DNA of 64,000 bases from Candidatus Babeliales bacterium (GTDB lineage Bacteria; Babelota; Babeliae; Babelales; RVW-14): positions 1,582 to 65,581 of the forward strand of contig JBAZHB010000002.1 in the NCBI GenBank assembly GCA_041652535.1. Direction: 5' to 3'. The position numbers were made by a program, and so were the translations under genes. Under the pieces are notes generated by a model. It saw only the letters and a program-made list of their open reading frames with translations. It was not told the DNA's origin and ran no database searches. Of the stretch, positions 9,288 to 17,363 are shown piece after piece (position 1 is the first letter of the stretch; each line of letters starts with the position of its first letter).

Positions 9288-9725
9288 TCAAGCGTTTCTC
9301 TTTGCATAATACCCCGACTTCACCACAAACGGATTTCCAACTATTAACGAATACGGCGGTATAATCAGTCCATCCGCTATCAGGCATGTGTGTGCTGCCA
9401 CAACCGAATGATGCCCTATTTTTACCCTGCCGCCGATGAATGAATGACTGCCGACAAAAACATTATCCTCCAGGATGATGCAGCCTCTGTCAATTTCGTC
9501 TGCCAGGCCAATACATTTTTTATGACTGTCGGCGCAGTTGATTGAAACAAAGCTTGCTATGTCGCAATTATCGCCTATCTTCACGCTCCCGCCTTTTGCG
9601 TTTATTTCGGAAAAAAGCCCGATATAGGTATTTCTGCCGATATCGGGCGTTCCGTGAATAAAGGTAAGGGGATGGTAGGGATTGGAGGAAATTTGTAAAG
9701 CTTTTAAAATTAATTTTGTTATCAT
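9288..9725 (-). CDS. left-handed beta-helix (hexapeptide-repeat) acyltransferase
   Basis: 145 aa. Repeated [LIV]G-x4 hexapeptides (VKIGDNCDIASFVSI..., ILEDNVFVGSHSFIGGRVKIGHHSVVAAHT). Confidence 0.7.
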   Translation of the reverse strand: MITKLILKALQISSNPYHPLTFIHGTPDIGRNTYIGLFSEINAKGGSVKIGDNCDIASFVSINCADSHKKCIGLADEIDRGCIILEDNVFVGSHSFIGGRVKIGHHSVVAAHTCLIADGLIIPPYSLIVGNPFVVKSGYYAKRNA

Positions 9726-10471
9726 TTTATCACCATAACATCAGGAGTTTTAGCTTTAATAATTTTTACAATATCCAGCAAAGCTTCCTCTGCTTTGCTT
9801 GTTAGCTTATTGTTTTCGATTATATCAGCGAATGCGCGATATCTCTCAGGAACATACATCAATTGTAAAATCAACCCTTCGTCAATCTTGCTTGATACAT
9901 TTAGCACTTTCGATAATAATTCTATTGATTTTACAGCTTCCTCCATTGCTTTTATTGATTCTTCAAATATCTTTGCTGATTCTCTCAATATATCAGGAGT
10001 AATGTCTTTAATTTTATGTTCCTGACTTGTATTTATAGTTTCAGACAATAACCCATAATCACGTTCGTCAATCTTATGATTCTGCTGCATTTTTATTCGC
10101 TCCCTATTTTTAAGATTTTGATAAATGCTATCATCTTGATTTTTTTCATCCAACCATTCATCAAGTTTTTCTTTCATAAAAAATACCCTATTTCCAATTC
10201 TGAAATGAGGTATTTCTCCGTTTCTAACCATTTGCATTAATTTTCCATAACTACATCCGATATGTTCAGCCGCTTCATTTGGCAATAATCTGGATGGACT
10301 TATTCCTGTTTGAATTTTTTCTTGGTTTGTTTGATAACTGCTTTTTCTTCTTTCCTTGCGACACATTCTGCATTTTCCTCTTAACCCTTCCTTTGCAGTT
10401 TTATCTTTTTCAAAATATTCAAGAGTAGCAGGTAATTTTTTACCGCACTCATTGCATGTTTTTGTTTCCAT
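9722..10471 (-). CDS. zinc-ribbon + excisionase/MerR-type HTH DNA-binding protein
   Basis: 249 aa. CNECGKKLPATLEYFEKDK..GLRGKCRMCRKE, then AAEHIGCSYGKLMQMVRNGEIPHFRIGNRVFFMKEKLDEWL. Confidence 0.55.
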   Translation of the reverse strand: METKTCNECGKKLPATLEYFEKDKTAKEGLRGKCRMCRKERRKSSYQTNQEKIQTGISPSRLLPNEAAEHIGCSYGKLMQMVRNGEIPHFRIGNRVFFMKEKLDEWLDEKNQDDSIYQNLKNRERIKMQQNHKIDERDYGLLSETINTSQEHKIKDITPDILRESAKIFEESIKAMEEAVKSIELLSKVLNVSSKIDEGLILQLMYVPERYRAFADIIENNKLTSKAEEALLDIVKIIKAKTPDVMVIK

Positions 10472-10481
10472 AAAAATTCTC

Positions 10482-11165
10482 CTATTTTATTACAAGGTAA
10501 TCCACCATGTGGCTTGACTGCCATATCTGCGGGTTAATCTGTTTTATTAAGCATTCACTGAATCCTGCTTTGAGAGACAAATACATCATTTCCTGCGGAT
10601 TAATCCACAGGCGCGCGTTCTCCTGCTGCAATGATTCTTCTGTCTGCGGCATGCTGGCGATATGGGATTCCTTTTTGCTTAAGTCGGGATTGTGAGTCAG
10701 CAGGCATTTTCCGCCAGGCCTCATGACGTTGTATATATTTTGCAGGGCTGTCTGTACCTCGTCCATATTGGAAAGGTATTGCAGGACGCTTCCGACAAGG
10801 ACTTTAGTAAATATTGGATGTATAGGATCCACTAATTTAAATTGTTGCATTGTTAATATATCATCTTGAAATATAAAAACATTATTGAATGCTTGTGCTT
10901 GTGCTTGTGCTTTTTTAACTAATTCCGGGCTATAATCAAACATCGTCGCATTCCAAACAAATGGTGCCAAATGAAACGTTATCCATCCTGGCCCACCGCC
11001 GCAATCAAGCAATACGTCATTTTTGCACAGTTGGAGCGCGTTTTGCACGTCCTGGATATAAAGCAAAAACTGATACATTGTGAAGCTGTTGCCGCGTCCG
11101 GTTTGGGTAAAGTAGTTTTCAGTTTGGGCTTTAGCATCCCATAATGATTTCCAAAAATTCTCCAT
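10482..11165 (-). CDS. class I SAM-dependent methyltransferase
   Basis: 227 aa. VLLDCGGGPGW motif I, MFDYSPELV motif II. Confidence 0.7.
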   Translation of the reverse strand: MENFWKSLWDAKAQTENYFTQTGRGNSFTMYQFLLYIQDVQNALQLCKNDVLLDCGGGPGWITFHLAPFVWNATMFDYSPELVKKAQAQAQAFNNVFIFQDDILTMQQFKLVDPIHPIFTKVLVGSVLQYLSNMDEVQTALQNIYNVMRPGGKCLLTHNPDLSKKESHIASMPQTEESLQQENARLWINPQEMMYLSLKAGFSECLIKQINPQIWQSSHMVDYLVIK

Positions 11166-11181
11166 ATATGCTCCTTTTAAT

Positions 11182-12024
11182 TTATATTATCAAGCTTAGT
11201 TGTTGTATGGTTCCGTTATAATTAAGAAATTTTAAAATCCGTTTCTCCCTTTTCTTGTTATAAAATGGTTGTCTTTTATACCACTCAAAAAAATCAGCAT
11301 CGTTTTTAGAAGTATTACAGTTTTTACACGCTGTCACAATATTATTATGTGTATACTCGCCGCTCTTTGCAAGTGCGATAAAATGGTCTTGTTGTAATGG
11401 TTTTTCTTCTCCGCAATAAGCACATTTGTTGTTGAAATATTTTAATGTTGCATTCCACATTTCCTCAGAATAATTATCTAGTAATTCTTTTTTTCTAGTT
11501 CTCCGATTTTGTCCGTATATTCGATAATTAATGAGATGATTTTTACGATATTCTGCGCTGTGGCAGTTCGCATAATCTCTTCTTTTCTGTCTATCTCGTT
11601 CTCTATATATTTTTTCTTTTTCTTTACATTTTTCAATATTTCTCAGGCGGTAATTTTTGTGTAGTTCCCTTAATTTTTCGCAATTTTCAACGTTGTATTG
11701 TTTCCCCTTTTCTTTAATTATTTCGAGGTTTTCAATATAGTAATTCTTCCCATACTCTTTTATCCTATCTTTATTTTGTTGTCTCCAGTCATCTTTGTAT
11801 TGTTTTAACTTTTCAACATTTTCTTTATAATATTGTTTCTTTTGTTCTTTTACTTTTTCGGAATTTTCTTCAAACCATTGCTTCAATTTTTCTTTATTTT
11901 TTTCTCGGTATTCCTTCTCACATTCCTTACATTTGGAATATAATCCTAATTTTCCTTTTTTGGCTTTTTTGAAGTTATTGAAAGTAGCTTCTTTTGCAAT
12001 CCCGCATTTTGTACATACTTTAGT
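11182..12024 (-). CDS. free-standing HNH homing endonuclease with zinc ribbon and K-x-Y-x-x-N repeats
   Basis: CAYCG...DHFIALAKSGEYTHNNIVTACKNCNTSK HNH core. N-terminal CTKCG..CKECEKE and about 7 repeats of KxYYxxNxEKxK. ATG 12024 follows GAGGTG; an alternative start is at 12069. Confidence 0.8.
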   Translation of the reverse strand, partial: TKVCTKCGIAKEATFNNFKKAKKGKLGLYSKCKECEKEYREKNKEKLKQWFEENSEKVKEQKKQYYKENVEKLKQYKDDWRQQNKDRIKEYGKNYYIENLEIIKEKGKQYNVENCEKLRELHKNYRLRNIEKCKEKEKIYRERDRQKRRDYANCHSAEYRKNHLINYRIYGQNRRTRKKELLDNYSEEMWNATLKYFNNKCAYCGEEKPLQQDHFIALAKSGEYTHNNIVTACKNCNTSKNDADFFEWYKRQPFYNKKREKRILKFLNYNGTIQQLSLII

Positions 12025-12060
12025 CATAATAAGCACCTCGCATTCATTTAGCACTTTATT

Positions 12061-12130
12061 TAAAGGCATAAGAAAAGGACGTAGGTGCTTCTCACGTCCT
12101 CAATGTTGCAACATTGTCCTATGCCAAATT
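12061..12130 (-). repeat. structured intergenic element E2 upstream of the HNH gene (copy 2 of 2)
   Basis: Read on the minus strand: TTTGGCATAGG, perfect palindrome CAATGTTGCAACATTG, hairpin GGACGT..ACGTCC, then TTTTCTTATGCC. Confidence 0.7.
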
Positions 12131-12132
12131 GC

Positions 12133-12861
12133 TTAAAATATAATATAACTCGCGTTCGGGCTATACTGTGAGTGTATCAACCTATAATTTTCCAATCCAA
12201 GCACTTCCTGAGCCGCCAAACTTTCCCCCGGCCAGTCAGGGTGACATAATTCATCAAAGGCAATTATGCTGCCTTTTGTCAAGTGTCCTTTTAGTGCCAG
12301 TAATGCCGCCTTTGTGGGCTCATAGATATCAAAGTCCATGAAAGCCAATGCTGCGATAGTTTCGGGATGTTTCTCAAAATATGCCGGTACAGTATTGCAT
12401 GCATCCCCTTTGACCAGTTCATACTTTTTTATCTGGCTTAATGGTGACAGATTTTCATGGCATTGCAATAATTCTTCAAGATACTCATCATAGTTATCTG
12501 TAAGCTTCATTTCGTTAAGCTCATGATCGCCATCATTTTTGTGGATGGATGGAAAGCTTTGAAAAGTGTCAAAGCCTATAATCTTCCGGCTATAATTGAA
12601 TGGCTCAAGTGCGCCGCGAAACGATTCATAAAGCGCCATATTGCCGCCCCAGCGCACACCGAATTCCATTATAATTCCGTGTACCGGCAGAATCTTTTGA
12701 TAAATCTCATGTATGAAAAGGAATCGCATCATATGCTGCCGGCTTACGAAAAGTCCCATGTTGTACATTAGTTCGTCAACCGGAATCGGGCAATTTTTGT
12801 AAAGCTGCTGAAATTTTTCTTTATCTGATAATTCCCTTTTGGATGAAATTATTTCGCTCAT
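12133..12861 (-). CDS. TylF/MycF-like (Methyltransf_24) sugar O-methyltransferase family protein
   Basis: 242 aa. IIMEFGVRWGGN, GFDTFQSFP, FMDFDIYEPTKAAL, SIIAFDE resemble macrocin-O-methyltransferase-type proteins. Confidence 0.55.
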   Translation of the reverse strand: MSEIISSKRELSDKEKFQQLYKNCPIPVDELMYNMGLFVSRQHMMRFLFIHEIYQKILPVHGIIMEFGVRWGGNMALYESFRGALEPFNYSRKIIGFDTFQSFPSIHKNDGDHELNEMKLTDNYDEYLEELLQCHENLSPLSQIKKYELVKGDACNTVPAYFEKHPETIAALAFMDFDIYEPTKAALLALKGHLTKGSIIAFDELCHPDWPGESLAAQEVLGLENYRLIHSQYSPNASYIIF

Positions 12862-12886
12862 TTAAAAGCTCCTTTATATTTTATTT

Positions 12887-14113
12887 TTAATGCCTTTTGA
12901 ACACGGGTGAAATTTTACGCCCAAACAATATTCCTTCCGTTGAATCCTGCTCTATCGCCCTGCAAATATCACCCATTGCCTTACCTGCTGATAAAACAAA
13001 ATAATCAATGTCGTCCTTGCTGTGGCTTAAGGATACAAAGCCTGTATCACTGACTATGATTCCTGAGTTCAGCATTTTTTCCTCATAAATGCTTAATAAA
13101 TCGAGGTAATCAAGCTTTCCAATATCGCTAAATTTCAAGCCATTATGAGGCGGCATTCCAATAGTCGATATGCAATCGTTTAGACTGTAAAAGTTAATTG
13201 CCTGCTGTAACCCGTCAAGCATAGTTTGTCCAAGTGACCATATATGCTCATAGGTGCCGGGTTGTTCAAGAATTTCAATTACTGCCAATGCCGCCGCAAT
13301 AGAGAGGCATTCGCCGCCGAATGTCGTGCTGATAAACGCCTCGCCGGTGTCGATGAGGTTTAGTATGTCGCGCCGGCCGCATACTGCACTGATGGGCATT
13401 CCTCCGCCGTAAGCCTTGCCGATACAGGTTAAGTCAGGGGTCACGCCATAGTATTCTGCCGCGCCGCCGAGTGCAAAGCGGGCACCTGTGACAACCTCAT
13501 CAAATATCAATACCGCGCCGTTTTTATGGCACAGTTCTTTTATAGCTAGGAGATATCCATTTTTCGGGCCGTTCTCCATAACGGGTTCAAGAATAACGGC
13601 GGCGATTCTGCCGTTGTAGCCATCAAACCATGACTTCAAATCATCAATGTCATTATATTTAAATTTCTTTGTCAGGTTACTTGTTCCAAACGGTATCCCT
13701 TTGGCGCCCGGTTCAATTCCAATTGTCCAATCGTCCCAGCCATGATACCCTGCCTTTAAAACAATATCTCTGCCTGTGTACGCCCGGGCAAGTTTTACCG
13801 CCGCTGTGGTTACATCTTTTCCGTTTTTCATGAGTTTGCAGGCTTCGCAACCGGGTATAATCTTGGTGAGCTTTCGGCATAAATCCTGCTCAATTTGCGT
13901 GGGCGTGGAAAATGATATTCCTTTTTTGAGCTGCTTTTCAATTGCCGTGTTGATTCTTACGTCATTATGTCCGGTAAGCCCCGGGCCAAGTGCGCACGTG
14001 AAATCGCAATATTCGTTGCCTTCGGTGTCCCATACGCGAGAACCTTTGCCATGGTCAAGCATAATGTCACGGGTAAAATAGCGCATGCCTTTTGAATATG
14101 TCTGATAATGCAT
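12887..14113 (-). CDS. class-III PLP aminotransferase (glutamate-1-semialdehyde aminomutase-like)
   Basis: 408 aa. GYHGWDDW, and DEVVTGARFALGGAAEYYGVTPDLTCIGKAYGGGMPISAV carrying the PLP lysine. Confidence 0.85.
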   Translation of the reverse strand: MHYQTYSKGMRYFTRDIMLDHGKGSRVWDTEGNEYCDFTCALGPGLTGHNDVRINTAIEKQLKKGISFSTPTQIEQDLCRKLTKIIPGCEACKLMKNGKDVTTAAVKLARAYTGRDIVLKAGYHGWDDWTIGIEPGAKGIPFGTSNLTKKFKYNDIDDLKSWFDGYNGRIAAVILEPVMENGPKNGYLLAIKELCHKNGAVLIFDEVVTGARFALGGAAEYYGVTPDLTCIGKAYGGGMPISAVCGRRDILNLIDTGEAFISTTFGGECLSIAAALAVIEILEQPGTYEHIWSLGQTMLDGLQQAINFYSLNDCISTIGMPPHNGLKFSDIGKLDYLDLLSIYEEKMLNSGIIVSDTGFVSLSHSKDDIDYFVLSAGKAMGDICRAIEQDSTEGILFGRKISPVFKRH

Positions 14114-14114
14114 T

Positions 14115-14843
14115 CTATAGCCTCCATTTCCACGGATATTTTATTTCTTCCGGTACTTTCAAATCCAAAATTGCGCTTTCCAATGTCCATGGAATCCCAT
14201 ACCGTGTCAGTCCAATCAATTCCTGCAGCTGCTCAGCTGTGTCCACACCGACAACAACATAATCAATATACGGGTTGCCATATGTGAATAAAAATACCGC
14301 CTCTTTTCGGTTGATTCCGTATGGCTTGATAATGCCGTCCAACCGTTCAATATATTCCTTGCCGATCGGCGGTTCATCCATAAGTAAAAGCCCTTGTAAA
14401 AACACGGATCGGGCAATGGTAGTTATTTTATATTCCTTTGCCAGCTTGAAAAACTTTGTTTTCAAAATATTGTGGTCGAACGCATTATACGGAAATTCAA
14501 TTATGTTCATTTTCAGTTTTGCGGCCTTGACTGCCTCTTCCGGAGTATCAACCGAAACGCCATCCCAATCGCTGTCGTTAATCCTGCTGAATCCGTGTGC
14601 CAACTCCTGGCAACTTCGGTAGTGAAAATAATCCTGAAATTCATTTATTTGCTTGATGAACTTTACAGGGTATGCGGTTGTATCTTCATACGCCGTTGAG
14701 GTGTCGATAAGGTGAATCCCATTGTCAATTGCTGTATGCAGTATTTTTATTCCTTCATCCCGTGGCACCTGACTTTTGCACTTCACACCATACGGCTGAT
14801 AAAAATTTGCTACGCCGAGAATCAGCTTTGTCTTGATAGCCAT
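14115..14843 (-). CDS. aldo/keto reductase family oxidoreductase
   Basis: 242 aa. LILGVANF..YG, GIHLIDTSTAYEDT. Confidence 0.65.
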   Translation of the reverse strand: MAIKTKLILGVANFYQPYGVKCKSQVPRDEGIKILHTAIDNGIHLIDTSTAYEDTTAYPVKFIKQINEFQDYFHYRSCQELAHGFSRINDSDWDGVSVDTPEEAVKAAKLKMNIIEFPYNAFDHNILKTKFFKLAKEYKITTIARSVFLQGLLLMDEPPIGKEYIERLDGIIKPYGINRKEAVFLFTYGNPYIDYVVVGVDTAEQLQELIGLTRYGIPWTLESAILDLKVPEEIKYPWKWRL

Positions 14844-15496
14844 TTTAAAACATCCTCCATCAAAAATATTTTGCCAGGTTTATATAAAGCCTTATAAATC
14901 TGTGTGATAAATTCGTAATCCTGTTGTGTATCAAGCGTCCAGCGCAAACTAGACAAATCTTGCCCTTGCACTATAGCGAGAACTTTAAACCCGCTCCACA
15001 AAAAAAAGATATCATATTCCTTTTCAAAAAAGTTTATCTTATAGAAATCAGGTTGTTTTAATAACCCCGCCTTGAAAACCTCCACGTCCAATCCATCCGG
15101 AAATCTTCGTCCGATGCAGTTTGTTGTCAAATCATTATTTCCGTGATGTGAAATTATCATATCTATCAAATCCGGACAAACTAAGGCGCAATCACCTGTG
15201 ATGCGGACAATTGAATCATTATTCCTTATATTATAATACTCGATAGCTTTAATGTATCTATTTTTTACATCATCCTCTGAGCCACGGAAGCAATTTATTT
15301 GTATCTGCCTGCATAATGATTCTATTACATCGTTTTCCGGATTTGTGCTGGTGACAACTATTATCTTGTCAACCGTTTTGGCAAATCTCACGCGGTCAAT
15401 TATATGTGCCAAAACAGGTTTGCCGCATATCGGCAATAAAACTTTGCCGGGCAAACGTTGGCTTCCCATACGAGCTTGAATGAAACAATACTTCAT
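14822..15496 (-). CDS. SpsF/NeuA-type cytidylyltransferase (CTP_transf_3 family); first gene of the operon
   Basis: 224 aa. CFIQARMGSQRLPGKVLLPICGKPVLAHIIDRV is the family signature. Confidence 0.8.
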   Translation of the reverse strand: MKYCFIQARMGSQRLPGKVLLPICGKPVLAHIIDRVRFAKTVDKIIVVTSTNPENDVIESLCRQIQINCFRGSEDDVKNRYIKAIEYYNIRNNDSIVRITGDCALVCPDLIDMIISHHGNNDLTTNCIGRRFPDGLDVEVFKAGLLKQPDFYKINFFEKEYDIFFLWSGFKVLAIVQGQDLSSLRWTLDTQQDYEFITQIYKALYKPGKIFLMEDVLKWLSRQS

Positions 15497-15650
15497 ATTT
15501 ACCTCACATAAAAATAAGCTCCCCTCCCGGACATCTCCAACTATTTACTATTATAGCAATACAGTATAGTCAATTACTGCAAAGTTTTTGTGCAGTCCAA
15601 TGGCGAATTAAAATAGTCCGTTTGTCCATAAAAACATTATCAAAATAGTG

Positions 15651-15679
15651 TTGACAACGGCGTACAACTGGAGTACAAT
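15651..15679 (+). promoter_or_regulatory. sigma-70-type promoter for the plus-strand SNF2/IbrAB-like module
   Basis: TTGACA (15651-15656), 17-nt spacer, TACAAT (15674-15679). GGGAGG RBS precedes the ATG at 15713. Confidence 0.6.
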
Positions 15680-15712
15680 AGTAATATAATAAGTAGCAGG
15701 GAGGAAAATAAT

Positions 15713-16030
15713 ATGAATGGTTTTAAAATTCTTGTAGAGTCATGTTTTAACACATGGCTCTTGACAAAGGGCGGATGCCCGACAACGCAGTTGGCAACTT
15801 ATGAGCCGTCAATGGCTCATAAGGCAGCGGAATTTATTTATTATTCTTTGCCGTTCGCGTCATGGGATGCTGGCAGGGGTGTAACGCTCTCAATGTCCAT
15901 TAATGGGCTTGAAGAGTTTATCACATCAGCGATGACCGACGTGTCTGATAATGAAACAGGACAATGGCAATGGATGACGCCGGCGACTTGTTTTGTCGCC
16001 GGGTGGTTTACGGTAAAGCCCTCCGGTTAG
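15713..16030 (+). CDS. hypothetical protein
   Basis: 105 aa; strong RBS GGGAGGAAAATAATATG. Confidence 0.5.
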   Translation: MNGFKILVESCFNTWLLTKGGCPTTQLATYEPSMAHKAAEFIYYSLPFASWDAGRGVTLSMSINGLEEFITSAMTDVSDNETGQWQWMTPATCFVAGWFTVKPSG

Positions 16031-16047
16031 AGGACGGGGAGGCAAAG

Positions 16048-17163
16048 ATGGTTAGGAGTTTTATTTGCGAGACTTGCAAAAATGAATATTCTAGGCCGAC
16101 TTATACGGCAACCGCAACCAGACAGACCAAAGAATATTGGAGGGAGCGTGAAGGTACCGAGTTTGGCACCTGTAGTGAGTGCTATAAAAAAGAGCAGGAA
16201 GAAAAGCGGCAAAAGGCAATTTCAGAAGCTGGCCTTCCTGAACTCACTGGTTCCGAAAAGCAAATCGGATGGGCTACAAAAATCCGTTTTGACAAATACG
16301 AAATTTCGAAGGATTATACCAGCAAAATGAGTCCCAAAGGTGCCGAAGTGTACGACAGGCTGTTTGGTACGGTTGAAGCTAAATTTTGGATTGACAACAG
16401 AGACAAGAGTTTCAGAGAATTAGCTACTCTGGTTATGTCTATGGCTCCGGCAGAAGTTGAGGCAGAAATTAAAGCCGAAGAAGAAAAGGAAAGCAAAGCC
16501 AAAATGCAGGTACTCCTGCCTGCAACACCGGTGGATGAAACGCCGGTCGAAATAAAGGTTGCTGACGTAGCCGTTATTGTCAACTCCAAAAAAGATGAGA
16601 AAATTATTGAAGTCTGCAAAAACTCCGGCTATTCATGGAAAGATGGAGCATGGAGAAAAGCGATATCCTTCCGCACCGGCACCGCAATTGATAGAGCAGC
16701 GGATATCGGCAATAAACTTTTGAACGCAGGTTATCCGGTGGCAATTGACAACGCAGATGCGGCACAAAAAGCTGTTAGTGCAGAATTCGAACCCGAATGC
16801 ACCCGGTGGGTGTCGGTTCCAAAGGGAGAAACGGGCAGATTTATGATTTATTGGAGAGGCAAAAATCAGTCCTTGTACGAAACTGCCAGATCGCTTCCAC
16901 ATTCTTCGTATGATAGCCCTGACATCATGGTTCCAATTAAATATTTCCGCGAGGTTGAAGATTTTGCAGGACTGTACGGCTTTAAGTTTAGTCCGGGAGC
17001 AATAAAGGCGATTGCAGAATATAAGGCGAGTTTAGAAGTTAAAAGGGTTGTTCCGGGGAAGGCTCCTAAAGTCGAATGGTCAGATGGACTGAAAAAAATA
17101 TTGGAAAGCAGCAATGATATAATTGAGGATTTAAAGGAGAGCAATCATGAAAAAGCTAAATGA
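16048..17163 (+). CDS. hypothetical protein with N-terminal zinc ribbon
   Basis: 371 aa from the ATG at 16048 (RBS GGGGAGG). CETCK...CSECYKKE, then LPELTGSEKQIGWATKIR. Confidence 0.55.
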   Translation: MVRSFICETCKNEYSRPTYTATATRQTKEYWREREGTEFGTCSECYKKEQEEKRQKAISEAGLPELTGSEKQIGWATKIRFDKYEISKDYTSKMSPKGAEVYDRLFGTVEAKFWIDNRDKSFRELATLVMSMAPAEVEAEIKAEEEKESKAKMQVLLPATPVDETPVEIKVADVAVIVNSKKDEKIIEVCKNSGYSWKDGAWRKAISFRTGTAIDRAADIGNKLLNAGYPVAIDNADAAQKAVSAEFEPECTRWVSVPKGETGRFMIYWRGKNQSLYETARSLPHSSYDSPDIMVPIKYFREVEDFAGLYGFKFSPGAIKAIAEYKASLEVKRVVPGKAPKVEWSDGLKKILESSNDIIEDLKESNHEKAK

Positions 17164-17362
17164 TTTGAGCGACACCGAACTTCTGGACATGATGGATGTG
17201 CCGGAAGAAAAACTTGAAGAAAGTGTATCTTCCAGAGTAATCAACCCGCCGGAATTGGCAGGTTTTAGCGGCGAAATGACAGATATTGTTATGGGCATCT
17301 TCGAAGAGCGCCACGGAGAAGAGCATGCCTATCAACTATGGATGGAGCGGTTCGGAGGGTAG
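17147..17362 (+). CDS. small acidic protein
   Basis: 71 aa. Overlaps the upstream stop and ends 1 nt before the SNF2 start. Confidence 0.45.
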   Translation: MKKLNDLSDTELLDMMDVPEEKLEESVSSRVINPPELAGFSGEMTDIVMGIFEERHGEEHAYQLWMERFGG

Positions 17363-17363
17363 A

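Noticed and set aside
10893-10916. Tandem repeat GCTTGT x3-4, considered as a possible CRISPR or microsatellite
   Set aside because: It is coding: it gives the AQAQAQA segment of the methyltransferase. There are no spacers. No CRISPR-like array is visible anywhere in the window.
88-15496. Sugar operon as a DNA base hypermodification pathway
   Set aside because: No hydroxymethylase/thymidylate-synthase homolog, DNA glycosyltransferase, deazaguanine genes or nucleotide kinase are seen in the window. The enzyme set fits free nucleotide-sugar chemistry better. It is kept only as an alternative to test by nucleoside LC-MS.
17286-17363. Upstream start of the SNF2 gene at 17286 (and similar long N-terminal extensions at 15964, 18718, 22959, 36237, 36703, 49161, 56297, 56811)
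   Set aside because: In each case an internal ATG or GTG is preceded by a GGAGG-type RBS at 5-10 nt and abuts the upstream stop. The extension overlaps the previous gene or a tRNA-like element.
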